A stretch of 64,000 nt of DNA from a virus (IMGVR_UViG_3300036719_006047:72911-136910); one strand, 5' to 3'; counted from the first letter of the stretch, positions 37,998 through 48,171 are shown. Numbers and translations are program-made. Notes: a model not told the origin generated them from the letters alone.

Positions 37998-39155
37998 ATG
38001 CTTTTGTCGCTGTTCGTAGTGCTGTCCCTGTCCGCACAGGCGAGAGATATCACACACTACTTTGCCGCTTGCAAAGACGGTTCACTGCACTACGTAGGGC
38101 ACGAAAAAGAAATGACTTTTGAGGATGCAGAGAGAAGCGGGTGGTCTCTCTGTGATATGTTTATTTTGTCAGATAGAGGCGAAAATAACTACAGAGGAAT
38201 ATACAGCAGGCAGGCGCCGCACAATGATTACAAGAAGATTTTTTATGAGCTGACTTTAGCCTACGAAAAGAAAGTTTACTTAGAGATACAGGAAAAGATT
38301 GCTTACAGAGAGCAGCAGAAAAGGCTGGAGGATGAGCGCAAAGCTGATTTAGAATTAGAAGAGAGGCGAGATTGTTCCCGAAAGAAAACAAAACCCGCAA
38401 TAGTTTATGCCTGCCCTTTGGGCTCTTATGCTTTACACCCTTCAAACTGTGAAGTTGTCATAGGTCACGTTTCTACGGGCGCTCATGCGGTTGAACTCGA
38501 TACAGGAATAAAAATACTTCCAGAAGGCCAGTCTTGTCAAATTTCAGGAAAAACTATTGATAGTGCTTACTTAGACGAAGCTTTGCTGTGTTCTGTAAAC
38601 AACAACTGTTCTCGCAATGTTGTTCCTCTGACTATAAGTGTGGATTTAAAGGAACCGCTCAAAAAAGCAAAGGAAGATTGGTCCAGAGCTGACCAAGAAA
38701 ACGAAAAGAAAAAAACATATGATTGTCTCGCTGGTGTGTGTTTAAATGCGCCCGCATCAAGTATTTCTTCTAAGTTAGTCACAGTTTCAGAAGTGGTCAT
38801 GCACAGAGCGGTAGAAGTTTGCTCTGGTCGAATCGTTCGCATCAGACTGTGGGCAGGTTGGGTCGAAGAGGGCTATGGGGGTTGGGTAGACGTTCTACCA
38901 GGTGCGCAACACAAAGGTTACAACTACGGCGCGGAAAAAGCGAACAATCACATGGTTCAAATGGATAGTGAATTGGCAAAAATGGGGTGGGTAGTCGGCT
39001 GGCACAAGGAAAGACGAGTACACCCAAGCAAAATGGGTTGGCGTATAATAGAAAGCGCAGAAGGAGGCAACGGCGGAAGTTGGTTAGTAAGCCTTGAGTC
39101 GATTCATGCCGACCACCTTACCCTTTGCGAGCAAAAACGACAAGAGGGACTTTAG
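37998..39155 (+). CDS. Secreted protein with C-terminal YDCLAGVCLN domain; low GC
   Basis: Signal peptide; C-terminal domain homologous to 9959-10462. Confidence 0.75.
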   Translation: MLLSLFVVLSLSAQARDITHYFAACKDGSLHYVGHEKEMTFEDAERSGWSLCDMFILSDRGENNYRGIYSRQAPHNDYKKIFYELTLAYEKKVYLEIQEKIAYREQQKRLEDERKADLELEERRDCSRKKTKPAIVYACPLGSYALHPSNCEVVIGHVSTGAHAVELDTGIKILPEGQSCQISGKTIDSAYLDEALLCSVNNNCSRNVVPLTISVDLKEPLKKAKEDWSRADQENEKKKTYDCLAGVCLNAPASSISSKLVTVSEVVMHRAVEVCSGRIVRIRLWAGWVEEGYGGWVDVLPGAQHKGYNYGAEKANNHMVQMDSELAKMGWVVGWHKERRVHPSKMGWRIIESAEGGNGGSWLVSLESIHADHLTLCEQKRQEGL

Positions 39156-39228
39156 GTTAGACCTTGTGCAAGCGAGGAGGGCTCGGAGCTTACTTTGACA
39201 TCAACAAAACGTTTGCGGGGAAGAAGTA

Positions 39229-40329
39229 ATGCAGTACGTCATGATACCTTTCGCGTTCGACACGCGCGTGAAGCCAGAAGCTCTCTACAACAACAGCATC
39301 CAGCCTGAAGCCAAGATGGACTTCTTCCCGGCGAAGGTTGTCGGATTCTGTATCGACCCGGGCAAGAAGATTGAGGTGATTGTCGAAGCCATCATCGACA
39401 CCAGCCAAACCCAGACGGGTCGGTTCTACGACGTGCCGTTGAGCTTCCTGGGGAACGACAGGGAAGCAGGCATGTCCTACGACAACCTTGCTCCCGACAC
39501 GAAAGAAGTGCCCTTCTACACAGCCGAGACTTGGGTGAGGATGGTCAACGTCTACCGCGAGGGCCGAGTTATTGAAGGAAACAGGGTAGGAAGCCTCACC
39601 TGGAACTACGCAGACGTGACGCTCAACATCGTGGTCACGTCAGCAGGAACAGTCATCATCGCCCCGCCCCACAAGATCACAGTCGGTTATCACCCGACTT
39701 TTCTGCCGTCTTGGATGCGGAAGCGTTACGATGACAGCCAATTTCCTCTCGAGCTGACTCGAGTGTATGACCCGCCGAAGAAGAAGGCTGAAGAAGCAAG
39801 AAAACTTGCTGTTCGTGCTCTGGAGTCCGACGAAGGTTGGAGGTCTCACGGCTTAGGGCTTATCCAGAAGTATGTAGACGGTCTTCGTGTTCATGTCTGG
39901 TCGAAGGGCGACGTGAAGATCGGGCTCAACGGAGGCATCCACAACCACCGCTACTCGCTCAACAGCATCGTGGTTCTGGGCGTCATCACGCAGGAGGAGT
40001 GGGAAGCTACAGAAAATCCGAAAGGGATGTGGTCGGAGTTCCGCCACGACAACGCTACCTGGGAAGTAGAGTTTACGGGGAAGAGGTATGACTTGACCCC
40101 AAGGACGCAAGATATTTACGCAGGTCAGATGTACTCTTTCCCGCGTCACTGCTTCCATCGCACACTTCCCAGAAGCGAGATTGCAATTACAGTGGTGGAC
40201 CGGGAAGGTGTTGAGGGCAAGTCTTGTGCTTTGGCTCCTTTGGGGGTCAACATCGTCAACGGGCAGTCGATTGAGCTGGACGTAAAGAAGATTGTCAGCT
40301 CGGCTCGAAAGCACCTGGGGGTAAAGTGA
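39229..40329 (+). CDS. Two-domain protein with a C-terminal cupin-like domain
   Basis: IHNHRY...IVVLG and YSFPRHCFHR His motifs. Confidence 0.6.
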   Translation: MQYVMIPFAFDTRVKPEALYNNSIQPEAKMDFFPAKVVGFCIDPGKKIEVIVEAIIDTSQTQTGRFYDVPLSFLGNDREAGMSYDNLAPDTKEVPFYTAETWVRMVNVYREGRVIEGNRVGSLTWNYADVTLNIVVTSAGTVIIAPPHKITVGYHPTFLPSWMRKRYDDSQFPLELTRVYDPPKKKAEEARKLAVRALESDEGWRSHGLGLIQKYVDGLRVHVWSKGDVKIGLNGGIHNHRYSLNSIVVLGVITQEEWEATENPKGMWSEFRHDNATWEVEFTGKRYDLTPRTQDIYAGQMYSFPRHCFHRTLPRSEIAITVVDREGVEGKSCALAPLGVNIVNGQSIELDVKKIVSSARKHLGVK

Positions 40330-40748
40330 GTGCAACGCCCAAGTACCTCTACTGCATCGAAGCCAAGCTGTCCGATAACCGTTGGACCACGGTCGTAGGG
40401 GAGCAGGACGGGTCACTTGAATACATGCGCGGCCGCTTCGATGCATTTCGAGAGAGGCCAGGCCCGCAACCTGCCTTCCGTCTCTTGCGGATGAACGTTA
40501 AAGACGCTTCCGCAGGCGCCAAGGTATTGTACGAGATCCACGAAAAAACTGAGCTTTCTGTAGGCGCGATGCCACAAACAGTCGGGTTTCAGTGGTCGAG
40601 GTATGCCAGTGCTGCGGCTGACGCACTTCACACGGCAGCGCATGATGTTCGATATGCGGCCCGAAACAACCCCGAGCTGCAACAGCATCACGAAAAACTC
40701 ATAGCTCTCGCCTCCGAAGTAGAGAGACTTCTGCCGACAAGTGGTTAA
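40326..40748 (+). CDS. Hypothetical protein
   Basis: GTGA overlap; 140 aa. Confidence 0.65.
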   Translation: MSATPKYLYCIEAKLSDNRWTTVVGEQDGSLEYMRGRFDAFRERPGPQPAFRLLRMNVKDASAGAKVLYEIHEKTELSVGAMPQTVGFQWSRYASAAADALHTAAHDVRYAARNNPELQQHHEKLIALASEVERLLPTSG

Positions 40749-40772
40749 GAGGTAAGGCAGAGAGGTATAAGT

Positions 40773-41564
40773 ATGGAAGGCGAAGAAAATCTGCTTGAGT
40801 CACCTGATTTGACTTTCATTTTGGGTGACACGACGTCAGTGTGTTCGGCGCTACCCGACGAGAGCTTCAGTCTCATACACTCAGACTTGCCGTTCAATAC
40901 GGGGAGAGTGCAGAAGGGTAGTGCCGGGCAGTACGAAGACAAGTTTGACGACTTCAGTGCCTGGTTGACGGAACAAGTCACGCTTTACCGTAGACTTCTG
41001 GCTCCGAAAGGTGTGCTTGCTCTACAGCTTGATGACAGAGAGTATGTAACGCTTCGGTCTGTGTGCAACGCAGTTATGGGACCTGAGAACTACAGAGGTA
41101 CGCTGATCTGGCATTACGACACAGGGGGTCTTGCGAAGAACTGGTGGTCGATGAAGCACCAGTACATCGTGCTCTACGGTTCAGGCAAAGAGGAACCTGT
41201 CTTTCACGCAGACCAAGTGCCTCTGGTGCCACGAAAAGCTCTTCCAAAGAAAGTCGTAAACGCGGCCGGAGAAGAGAAGGTTTACGGCGGAGACAAAAGG
41301 CTTTGCTCTGTGTGGAACATGAACTGGTCCACGACAGACCCACAACGGTGCGGTTACCCGAGTCAAAAGCCTTCTTCGCTCGCAGAGACCTTAATCCGAG
41401 TGCATACGAACGAAGGTGATTGGGTGCTTGATCCTTGTTGCGGTTCAGGCACGACAGGCTTCGCGGCTCATGCGCTGCGCAGAAATGCAGTGATCGTCGA
41501 CAAAAACCCAGAAGCTCTTCTTTCTGCAAAAGCAAGAGCCAAGAAGAAGCAGGAGACAACGTGA
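40773..41564 (+). CDS. DNA amino-methyltransferase (N6A/N4C, beta class)
   Basis: IHSDLPFNTG (DPPY-like), YPSQKP and VLDPCCGSGTT motifs. Confidence 0.9.
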   Translation: MEGEENLLESPDLTFILGDTTSVCSALPDESFSLIHSDLPFNTGRVQKGSAGQYEDKFDDFSAWLTEQVTLYRRLLAPKGVLALQLDDREYVTLRSVCNAVMGPENYRGTLIWHYDTGGLAKNWWSMKHQYIVLYGSGKEEPVFHADQVPLVPRKALPKKVVNAAGEEKVYGGDKRLCSVWNMNWSTTDPQRCGYPSQKPSSLAETLIRVHTNEGDWVLDPCCGSGTTGFAAHALRRNAVIVDKNPEALLSAKARAKKKQETT

Positions 41565-41848
41565 ACGCGGCAGAGAAAGTCGCCAAGATCAGAGAAGCGC
41601 AAAAAGATCTATTCCTACAGGAGATGCGGATCAGGGCAGAGATCGAATGGGTAATCAACGAGGAGTTTGGGGCAGAGTACGAATCGTTGGTTTCCTTGGC
41701 CCACATGCAACAAGGAGTTTTGCTCGGAGCGAACAAGATAACTATTTTCTTGTCTACGGGACCCCCTTTAGCTTCGCAGGAAATCCTCCAGCAAAAGATG
41801 AAGAATGTTGAGCAGAAGACTGGAATTCCAACAGTACTTGGGCTGTGA
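41561..41848 (+). CDS. Hypothetical protein
   Basis: SD AGGAG; GTGA overlap. Confidence 0.6.
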   Translation: MNAAEKVAKIREAQKDLFLQEMRIRAEIEWVINEEFGAEYESLVSLAHMQQGVLLGANKITIFLSTGPPLASQEILQQKMKNVEQKTGIPTVLGL

Positions 41849-41888
41849 CCACGACTGAACCGCAAACACAATAGGCAGGAAGAAAGTT

Positions 41889-42272
41889 ATGCCGATCTAC
41901 GTGTGTTCTGATGGCAATGGTGTGCTCGAGATCGAGGCGGATAGCGGGGAAGCAGCCGCCCATGATTACGTCGACGGAGGCGAGTGGGGCCACAACAACA
42001 AAACCTTCTGGATCAACGTCCGCGTCACCGAGAAGGGCACCAACGACACTGAGCTTCACAAGATCGAAGTGGAACCCGAGGAGCCCGAGTGTGAGGACGG
42101 CAACGATCACCACTGGCGTGAGGTTTCGATGAGGGGCAACGCAGGCGGCGTGATTACCACGTCTCGTTGTGTGCATTGTGGCAAGGAAGTGACAGTGAAC
42201 ACCTGGGATTACGATCCGCAAGATGGACAGCAAGCACTTTGCAGCGTCGAGTACGGGATGCAGGAATGCTGA
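41889..42272 (+). CDS. Hypothetical protein with Zn-ribbon-like C..H..CVHC
   Basis: 127 aa. Confidence 0.7.
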   Translation: MPIYVCSDGNGVLEIEADSGEAAAHDYVDGGEWGHNNKTFWINVRVTEKGTNDTELHKIEVEPEEPECEDGNDHHWREVSMRGNAGGVITTSRCVHCGKEVTVNTWDYDPQDGQQALCSVEYGMQEC

Positions 42273-42835
42273 TCGCTTTCTCTGGTAAGAAGGGAGCAGG
42301 CAAGGACACTTGTGCGGTCATCCTCGACTTCATCGCAAAGTCGGAAGGGATGCAGACCTACACTGTTGGCTTTGCTGATGCGATGAAGAGCATTCTCGGC
42401 ATGATCTTCCGGGTGAACCCAAAGATCTTTTACGACAACAAGGACACGCCCAACGAAAGCCTCAAAGGCAAGACGCCCAGAGGTGTGCTGATCTCTTTCG
42501 CCAAGTGGGTGCGGGAGACCAAGGACGACGCTTGGGTGTCTCACGTGCAAGTGGCACTTGAGAGTTTGGGTGGTCCTGACAAGCTCAATATGGTGACGGA
42601 CTTGAGGCACGTCATCGAATACGAGGCTCTTCGAGGCAAAGGAGCCATCCTCGTTCGAGTCATCCGTCCTGGCACGGAGAACGAAGACGACATCTCAGAG
42701 ACCGCGCTCGACGACCACGAGTTCGACTACGTCGTCTACAACAACGGCACAATCTTAGACCTCACGAAGACTCTCCAGAAGTTGTGGCAGGACATCAAAG
42801 ACAAGGAGCAGGAACATGCACTTTCTTTCTCCTGA
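42266..42835 (+). CDS. Deoxynucleoside monophosphate kinase
   Basis: IAFSGKKGAGKDT, FADAMK, VTDLR..EY and SETALD motifs. Confidence 0.88.
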   Translation: MLIAFSGKKGAGKDTCAVILDFIAKSEGMQTYTVGFADAMKSILGMIFRVNPKIFYDNKDTPNESLKGKTPRGVLISFAKWVRETKDDAWVSHVQVALESLGGPDKLNMVTDLRHVIEYEALRGKGAILVRVIRPGTENEDDISETALDDHEFDYVVYNNGTILDLTKTLQKLWQDIKDKEQEHALSFS

Positions 42836-43904
42836 AGAGATTATGGAAAAGTTCGGCGGCACCTTTTCCGCTTCGGAGAAGAAAAGCTTCTGGAAGTGGC
42901 GTGAAGAAGGAAATCAGTTTTTGCAGCCCTTCACAGAGAGGATCGTGCGCTCGCAGCAAATGGGTTTCCCTCGGTCTGCCGACAGCGTGCTGCGTGATTG
43001 GCGAGAGAGCATGCCGCGACCCGATAATGGGTACGCGGAAGCTCGCTTCAAGCGATGGCCGGACTACGCGAAGGACTGCCAAAGAGCAGTCGTCTTGAGA
43101 TCTGCCGAGCACTACGACAAAACACATTGCATAGGCTTTGTGACGGCCGACGGCAACGTGAAGCATGAAGTCTTCTTCTGCAAGAAATCAGGAAGACACT
43201 GGAACCGAAAACTCGGTCATTCCAAGCATCACGCTTGGCTCGACGTAGAAGCAACCAGAAGGAATATCACAACCGAGGAAAGGACGACGCAGGAAAGGCG
43301 GAGCTTCTTCGATCTGTTCCCGTCTGCGTGTTCTCGAGAAATCAAGTTCAAAGCCCTTCATTCCTTGGGCGGGTGGGCTTGTTTTCTTCCGACGGACGAA
43401 GGCATGGCCATCGAGGGTGGATTCTTGCCTTGCCCAGAGCCACACAGGCCCAAGGGTGTTTATCTCTACCAGCTACGAAGCAAGAAGTACGCGAGAAGCA
43501 ATGAGTTCAACGAGATGCTGTGGGGCTGGCGGTACGCTTCGCCTGAGATCACAGAAGAAGAGCTCAAAGCTGCCTCGCTGTTCCGCCCTCCCACACCAGA
43601 GCAGGAAAGAGCAGAGTTTTACACCCGAGGGCAACTGGAAGAGCTTGCGACCAAGCTCGGAGTTGAAGCCGCGGTCAACGCGAATGGTTGGTTGCAGTTG
43701 ACGTGGAAAGGCATTTACGGCAAGTACATCTTGGGCGTTGTTGTGGACGGCAAGACTCACCTAACGGAAGAAAGAGAAGTGCTTGACCTGCTCGAGAAAG
43801 AGTTGAACGCTTCTACCGAAAAAGCGAAAGCCGACATCGCCAAGTTGCAGGAAGGTCTTTCTGGTGACCTGAGTTTGCTCGAAAAGATTCGATCTTTGCG
43901 TTAG
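42816..43904 (+). CDS. Hypothetical protein
   Basis: SD AGGAG; 362 aa. Confidence 0.75.
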   Translation: MHFLSPEEIMEKFGGTFSASEKKSFWKWREEGNQFLQPFTERIVRSQQMGFPRSADSVLRDWRESMPRPDNGYAEARFKRWPDYAKDCQRAVVLRSAEHYDKTHCIGFVTADGNVKHEVFFCKKSGRHWNRKLGHSKHHAWLDVEATRRNITTEERTTQERRSFFDLFPSACSREIKFKALHSLGGWACFLPTDEGMAIEGGFLPCPEPHRPKGVYLYQLRSKKYARSNEFNEMLWGWRYASPEITEEELKAASLFRPPTPEQERAEFYTRGQLEELATKLGVEAAVNANGWLQLTWKGIYGKYILGVVVDGKTHLTEEREVLDLLEKELNASTEKAKADIAKLQEGLSGDLSLLEKIRSLR

Positions 43905-43929
43905 TCTGTACGAGCACTCTGGAGGTCCC

Positions 43930-44172
43930 GTGGCGAAAGCGAACTACATCTTCCTCTTGGAACGTCTCGAAGGGGGGACGTGGGATTCAGTGTACGAAGT
44001 AGTCGCAATCGGACCAGACGAAGAGACTGTTCGTGAGATGGTGCTCGAAAAGTTTGATTACGACCCAAGCAGGTGGCCCACCTGGGAAAGCGGTGTCGAG
44101 GTGAAGAAAGTCGGAATCGCCTTCCCAGGTGAGGGGCCTCGCATACTCACCTACTACCAAACGCATGGATGA
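43930..44172 (+). CDS. Hypothetical protein
   Basis: SD GGAGG. Confidence 0.65.
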   Translation: MAKANYIFLLERLEGGTWDSVYEVVAIGPDEETVREMVLEKFDYDPSRWPTWESGVEVKKVGIAFPGEGPRILTYYQTHG

Positions 44173-44698
44173 AACAATGGCAAAGTACAAGTTCACGATC
44201 GAGATTGACGAAGAGATGCTTCAGCTGATGCTCGAAGCGCTCGAGTTCTACGAGCGTGTCGTGGGGCTCGGGCAGATCGAAGAGGTCGGTTACGCCTACA
44301 GGATCAAAAAGAAACTCACGACTTCTTGGACAGAGCACAACGAGAGGATGAAGATCGCGGATCTCGCGCTCGACACGTTCAAGATGGCCGTTGTCGGAAT
44401 GCCGCGGAACCAAAGCCACGGTATCTACAGCCCCGAGGTGAACGACAACATCAAGAAGATGTACGACATGTACAAGACCTTGCGCAAGAGCCTTGCAGAG
44501 TCCCGATTGCGCGAGGCGATCGAAGCAGGGAACACAGAAACTGCCAACCACTTGAGGATGACGGTAGACATGCAAGGCTTCAGCGGCGTCTACTTCTCAG
44601 AGCCGCCCGTGCATGTCAGTTTCGTGCCCATGGCGCAAGAATCTCAGGCCGAGCCCGAAGAGGTGAACGATGCAACTCCCGAAGAAGTCGAACCTTGA
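44165..44698 (+). CDS. Hypothetical protein
   Basis: 177 aa, overlapped start. Confidence 0.7.
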   Translation: MDETMAKYKFTIEIDEEMLQLMLEALEFYERVVGLGQIEEVGYAYRIKKKLTTSWTEHNERMKIADLALDTFKMAVVGMPRNQSHGIYSPEVNDNIKKMYDMYKTLRKSLAESRLREAIEAGNTETANHLRMTVDMQGFSGVYFSEPPVHVSFVPMAQESQAEPEEVNDATPEEVEP

Positions 44699-44915
44699 CG
44701 CTTACGTGCTTCGAGGCCGAGATCCAAACCAGTTAGACGCTTCCTTTTGGGAGGGACAAGAAGCAGCAAAGAACGCGCTCAAGCCATTCCGAGATGTTCG
44801 GTATGAGCTTCTGAGAGTGCAGGTAAACGACAACGTGGTTTGGGCTCTCGACCAAGTGTGGGTCACACTACCCACAGGCAAAGTCAACTACATTCCCGAG
44901 GTGGATGATGCGTGA
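44670..44915 (+). CDS. Hypothetical protein
   Basis: SD GAGG; 81 aa. Confidence 0.55.
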   Translation: MQLPKKSNLDAYVLRGRDPNQLDASFWEGQEAAKNALKPFRDVRYELLRVQVNDNVVWALDQVWVTLPTGKVNYIPEVDDA

Positions 44916-45099
44916 CGACGATATGAAGTTTCAGGATCCGGGCGGTCGCTCTGCTCTGCGCCGGGCAAGCAAGAGCAATCCGAGAAAGTATCCTTGTCCG
45001 ACCTGCAAACAGCCTGACCGACTGACCCCTGCGGATGTTCGGCTTGGTTACCAGTGCGATACTTGTGCAGACAAGTTGGAGATGGGATGGGACTACTGA
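44905..45099 (+). CDS. Small zinc-finger protein
   Basis: CPTC...CDTC. Confidence 0.7.
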   Translation: MMRDDDMKFQDPGGRSALRRASKSNPRKYPCPTCKQPDRLTPADVRLGYQCDTCADKLEMGWDY

Positions 45100-45257
45100 A
45101 AAAGGTGTTTGTGTGGTGCACTCGATGCCACGGTTCGGGTATCTCCTACACGACGCCCGGCAACAAGCCTGCCGATGGGCCTGATGATTGCCCTGCCTGC
45201 AGAGGCATGGGTCAAGTCGAGCAGCTTGTCGACGAAACAGACCCGGAACAAGATTGA
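45087..45257 (+). CDS. Small DnaJ-type zinc-finger protein
   Basis: CTRCHGSG...CPACRGMG (CxxCxGxG twice). Confidence 0.7.
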   Translation: MGLLKKVFVWCTRCHGSGISYTTPGNKPADGPDDCPACRGMGQVEQLVDETDPEQD

Positions 45258-45259
45258 GT

Positions 45260-45718
45260 GTGAAAAAGCTGTTCGCGACGGGTGTGCACGAGCCCGTTGC
45301 GAACATACTTCCCGGTAAGTTCTTCTATTGCAGCATGTCCTTTTCGTATGCGGCGCTACGCGAGTACCCGAAGCTGACTGAGCAGCTCACTCGAATGAGC
45401 GATGGCTTGCAACAGCCGAAAGTATCCTTCTGGCGAGAAGACCTCGAGCCAGGAGGTCACTTCGGGCCGACGCGAATGCACGTAGATGGGAAAGGGGACA
45501 TTTCTGAGATCCACAGATTGTTTATCGTAGGCGGGCTTCCCACCGAAGCACACGACGGAAGCTTGTTACAGACAGGAGCTGTGTGGGAATACTCAGGTGA
45601 CTTTGTTCACCGCGGCTTACCCGTCACGCAACCTTGTCAGCGCCTGATGCTGAGAGTGTCACAAACAACAATGCACACGAGGGAGACGTTTTGCTTGAGA
45701 ACAAAGCACAAGAAGTGA
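45260..45718 (+). CDS. Putative 2OG-Fe(II) oxygenase/DSBH-fold protein
   Basis: MHVD (HxD), VHRG and RLMLRVS motifs. Confidence 0.55.
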   Translation: MKKLFATGVHEPVANILPGKFFYCSMSFSYAALREYPKLTEQLTRMSDGLQQPKVSFWREDLEPGGHFGPTRMHVDGKGDISEIHRLFIVGGLPTEAHDGSLLQTGAVWEYSGDFVHRGLPVTQPCQRLMLRVSQTTMHTRETFCLRTKHKK

Positions 45719-45990
45719 AGAAGGAACTGCAAAAGCTTGTTCCTGACGCCGAGGTCGAGATCTCAGAGACAACGGACAAGGAAGAGTACGCTTACCTGAT
45801 AATCTCGGCGGACTACGTTATCGAAGACGAAGTCAGCGTCATTTTGGGCTATGCCAAAGAAGACGAAAGCTTCTTCGTGGGATTGGATGACGGGTACAAT
45901 TCAGACGAGGATGAGCAAAGTATTTTGTTTATCACTGTGAAGGATGAAGTTGTCGTTCCCGTTGCGGTCCGTTTCCTGGTAGGAGAGTGA
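45715..45990 (+). CDS. Acidic hypothetical protein
   Basis: GTGA overlap; 91 aa. Confidence 0.6.
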   Translation: MKKELQKLVPDAEVEISETTDKEEYAYLIISADYVIEDEVSVILGYAKEDESFFVGLDDGYNSDEDEQSILFITVKDEVVVPVAVRFLVGE

Positions 45991-45991
45991 T

Positions 45992-46543
45992 ATGGGAAGG
46001 GATGAGGCCAAGAAAGTTGACGTAGGCACTCGGCTGTACGTCGCCCCTGGCACTACGATCAAGAGCGCTATTTCGGGAAAGACGTTCAAGTTGACCGTAA
46101 ACCGCATTCTTGGTCTTGACTACGACAATCTTCTGGAAGAAGGCAAAGTCTATCGCGTAGTCAAACGTGAAAATGGTCTGTACTTGTGCCCCGTCGGTAT
46201 GTCTGCCATCACAGACGAAGAGCTGTTGGACGTATTCCTTGAGACAGAGATCGTCGACTGTCCTCGCTACTATGCGTCAAAGCAGACGAAAGAAGAGCTG
46301 CGAAAGAGGATCGTTGCGCACGTGAGCCGCGTGAACCATCAGTTCTTGAACGTGTGCCTCCTCACGCGAAGCTTGCTGGAAGAGATCACAGTATCGTACA
46401 TCTACGCGGAGTCGGATTTCAGTGTGAAGCGATTGTTCGAGAAGATGGAGGGAGGCAACGAAAAGCTGAAAACGATGGCGAAATCGGTAGAAGTGAAGAT
46501 AAAGCGTTCCATGATCGAGGAGGCGAGAGGGAAAAATGGATGA
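45992..46543 (+). CDS. Hypothetical protein
   Basis: SD AGGAG; 183 aa. Confidence 0.7.
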   Translation: MGRDEAKKVDVGTRLYVAPGTTIKSAISGKTFKLTVNRILGLDYDNLLEEGKVYRVVKRENGLYLCPVGMSAITDEELLDVFLETEIVDCPRYYASKQTKEELRKRIVAHVSRVNHQFLNVCLLTRSLLEEITVSYIYAESDFSVKRLFEKMEGGNEKLKTMAKSVEVKIKRSMIEEARGKNG

Positions 46544-47366
46544 GATCTACACCCCCATTCTGTGGTCTTCGTGGTACATGCACAAGCAGATGTTCGCGGA
46601 AGGTGAGGAGAAGGTCAAGGCTCTTTTCGCGGAAAAGAAGCACGAACGGGACAACTTCCACTTCTCGTTCGGAAGTCGCAACAAGTTCATGCTGTCCAGT
46701 CACTCTGACGGCTACGGCGGAGACGGACTTGTGGTGCTGCTTTCGTACAGCAAACCAGAAGCGGGTCGAGGCCAAACGCACAGCCACTCGTGCTACATCA
46801 ACATCAAGCTGGCTGTGAGGAGGAAGAAGAAAGGCAAGGACGCAATGCCCACGAACGAAGAGACTTTCACCACTATCTTCGAGGGGCGAGAGGCTGTCAG
46901 CATAGAGACGATGTTTAGTGCTGCGGCAGGAGAAAAGAGCGCGAACGACACGCGCATCTTGCTGAAGTTTGTGGGTATGAACAAGAATCTGGACGATTGG
47001 GATGAAATCATCCAGAACCCGTTTCCTTCCTCCTTGTTCGACGTAAACTTGTCCAGAAAGGACGCAGAAAGGCTGTGCATTATGCTGCTTAGCCCAGACC
47101 AAAGCACATTCCACACAGGCAAAGAGCTGGCGAAAGTCTACCCCGGCTTGTCTGCACTCTTCTACGTGAACGATATCATGACAGAGGAAATGAACTACTC
47201 TTGGGGCAGCCGAGATGACTGGAGCCGCGTGAACAAATACTTCGCCAAGCCGGCGGACGGAGTTGTTGACGCTTCGAAAGCGTTCGGTTCGATCTACGCG
47301 GAGTGCATTGAAGCCATGTTTGCATGCAAGAAATTGCGTAGGCTGTATAACCCTAAGACGAAATAG
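46536..47366 (+). CDS. Hypothetical protein
   Basis: SD GAGGGG; 276 aa. Confidence 0.75.
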   Translation: MDEIYTPILWSSWYMHKQMFAEGEEKVKALFAEKKHERDNFHFSFGSRNKFMLSSHSDGYGGDGLVVLLSYSKPEAGRGQTHSHSCYINIKLAVRRKKKGKDAMPTNEETFTTIFEGREAVSIETMFSAAAGEKSANDTRILLKFVGMNKNLDDWDEIIQNPFPSSLFDVNLSRKDAERLCIMLLSPDQSTFHTGKELAKVYPGLSALFYVNDIMTEEMNYSWGSRDDWSRVNKYFAKPADGVVDASKAFGSIYAECIEAMFACKKLRRLYNPKTK

Positions 47367-47441
47367 CATCGGCCAACCAGCTTGACTCCCCGTGACGCAG
47401 AGTTAGAATTCTCACGCCCACTTTCGGGCCGTGAGGAAGAT

Positions 47442-47717
47442 ATGTCTAGCTTGCAAATCCAGTTCCCGATGAGCCCAAAGATCGATCGGGAAGACAACGA
47501 GTACTTTATCGGTTCCGCCCACGGACCCTTCACCGTGGACTTGAGCAACGCAACGTTCCTCTTCTTCCCTCCCGTCGACGACGATCCCAAGTCTCGCGGG
47601 ACCTTGCTCATTCGGCCGAGCAACTACGTGAACCGCCACAAAGTCAAAGATGATCGCCCGAACGAGCAGTCGAACTGGGCTGACGACGACAGAGACGGGG
47701 ATCGCGATCGTGATTGA
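47442..47717 (+). CDS. Hypothetical protein
   Basis: SD GAGGA. Confidence 0.6.
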   Translation: MSSLQIQFPMSPKIDREDNEYFIGSAHGPFTVDLSNATFLFFPPVDDDPKSRGTLLIRPSNYVNRHKVKDDRPNEQSNWADDDRDGDRDRD

Positions 47718-47744
47718 TTGACCCGAAAATTGTTTGACAGCAGT

Positions 47745-47781
47745 CACCCCCGAAGGACGCTTGCAGGCGCCTTCGGGGGTG
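47745..47781 (+). terminator. Strong intergenic hairpin
   Basis: CACCCCCGAAGG...CCTTCGGGGGTG 12 bp stem. Confidence 0.65.
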
Positions 47782-47815
47782 TAGCTTTACCTACAACGCA
47801 AGAGGGCTACAGAGA

Positions 47816-48169
47816 ATGCACAAGGAAAAGTTCGACATCGTCTTCATCCACACCAAGAACGCAGGCGAGATGACGATCGCCCGGTCGTTTCGGTCGAGCA
47901 GAGCTGCTACCGAGGTGTGGTTCCCCTCGAAGAAGATCAGAGCCGCCATCAAGAAGGTGATGAACAAGAAGTCCGACATCAAGAACGTGAAGAATGTTGT
48001 CTTTTCAAACATCTCTTCGGACGACTTGTTCGAGATCATTCGACTGCTCGGTGGCCTCGACGATAGCATGCACGAAGACGGTCAGCTTCCTGCAGGCTGC
48101 ATCAGCACAAAGCTGACCGAGCTTGAGCTCATCGCGAAAAACTACGACTTCGCGCTGTCGCTTGTGTAG
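47816..48169 (+). CDS. Hypothetical protein
   Basis: 117 aa. Confidence 0.65.
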   Translation: MHKEKFDIVFIHTKNAGEMTIARSFRSSRAATEVWFPSKKIRAAIKKVMNKKSDIKNVKNVVFSNISSDDLFEIIRLLGGLDDSMHEDGQLPAGCISTKLTELELIAKNYDFALSLV

Positions 48170-48171
48170 AC

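Noticed and set aside
47734-47762. TTGACA sigma-70 promoter
   Set aside because: No -10 element at 16-18 bp; overlaps a hairpin
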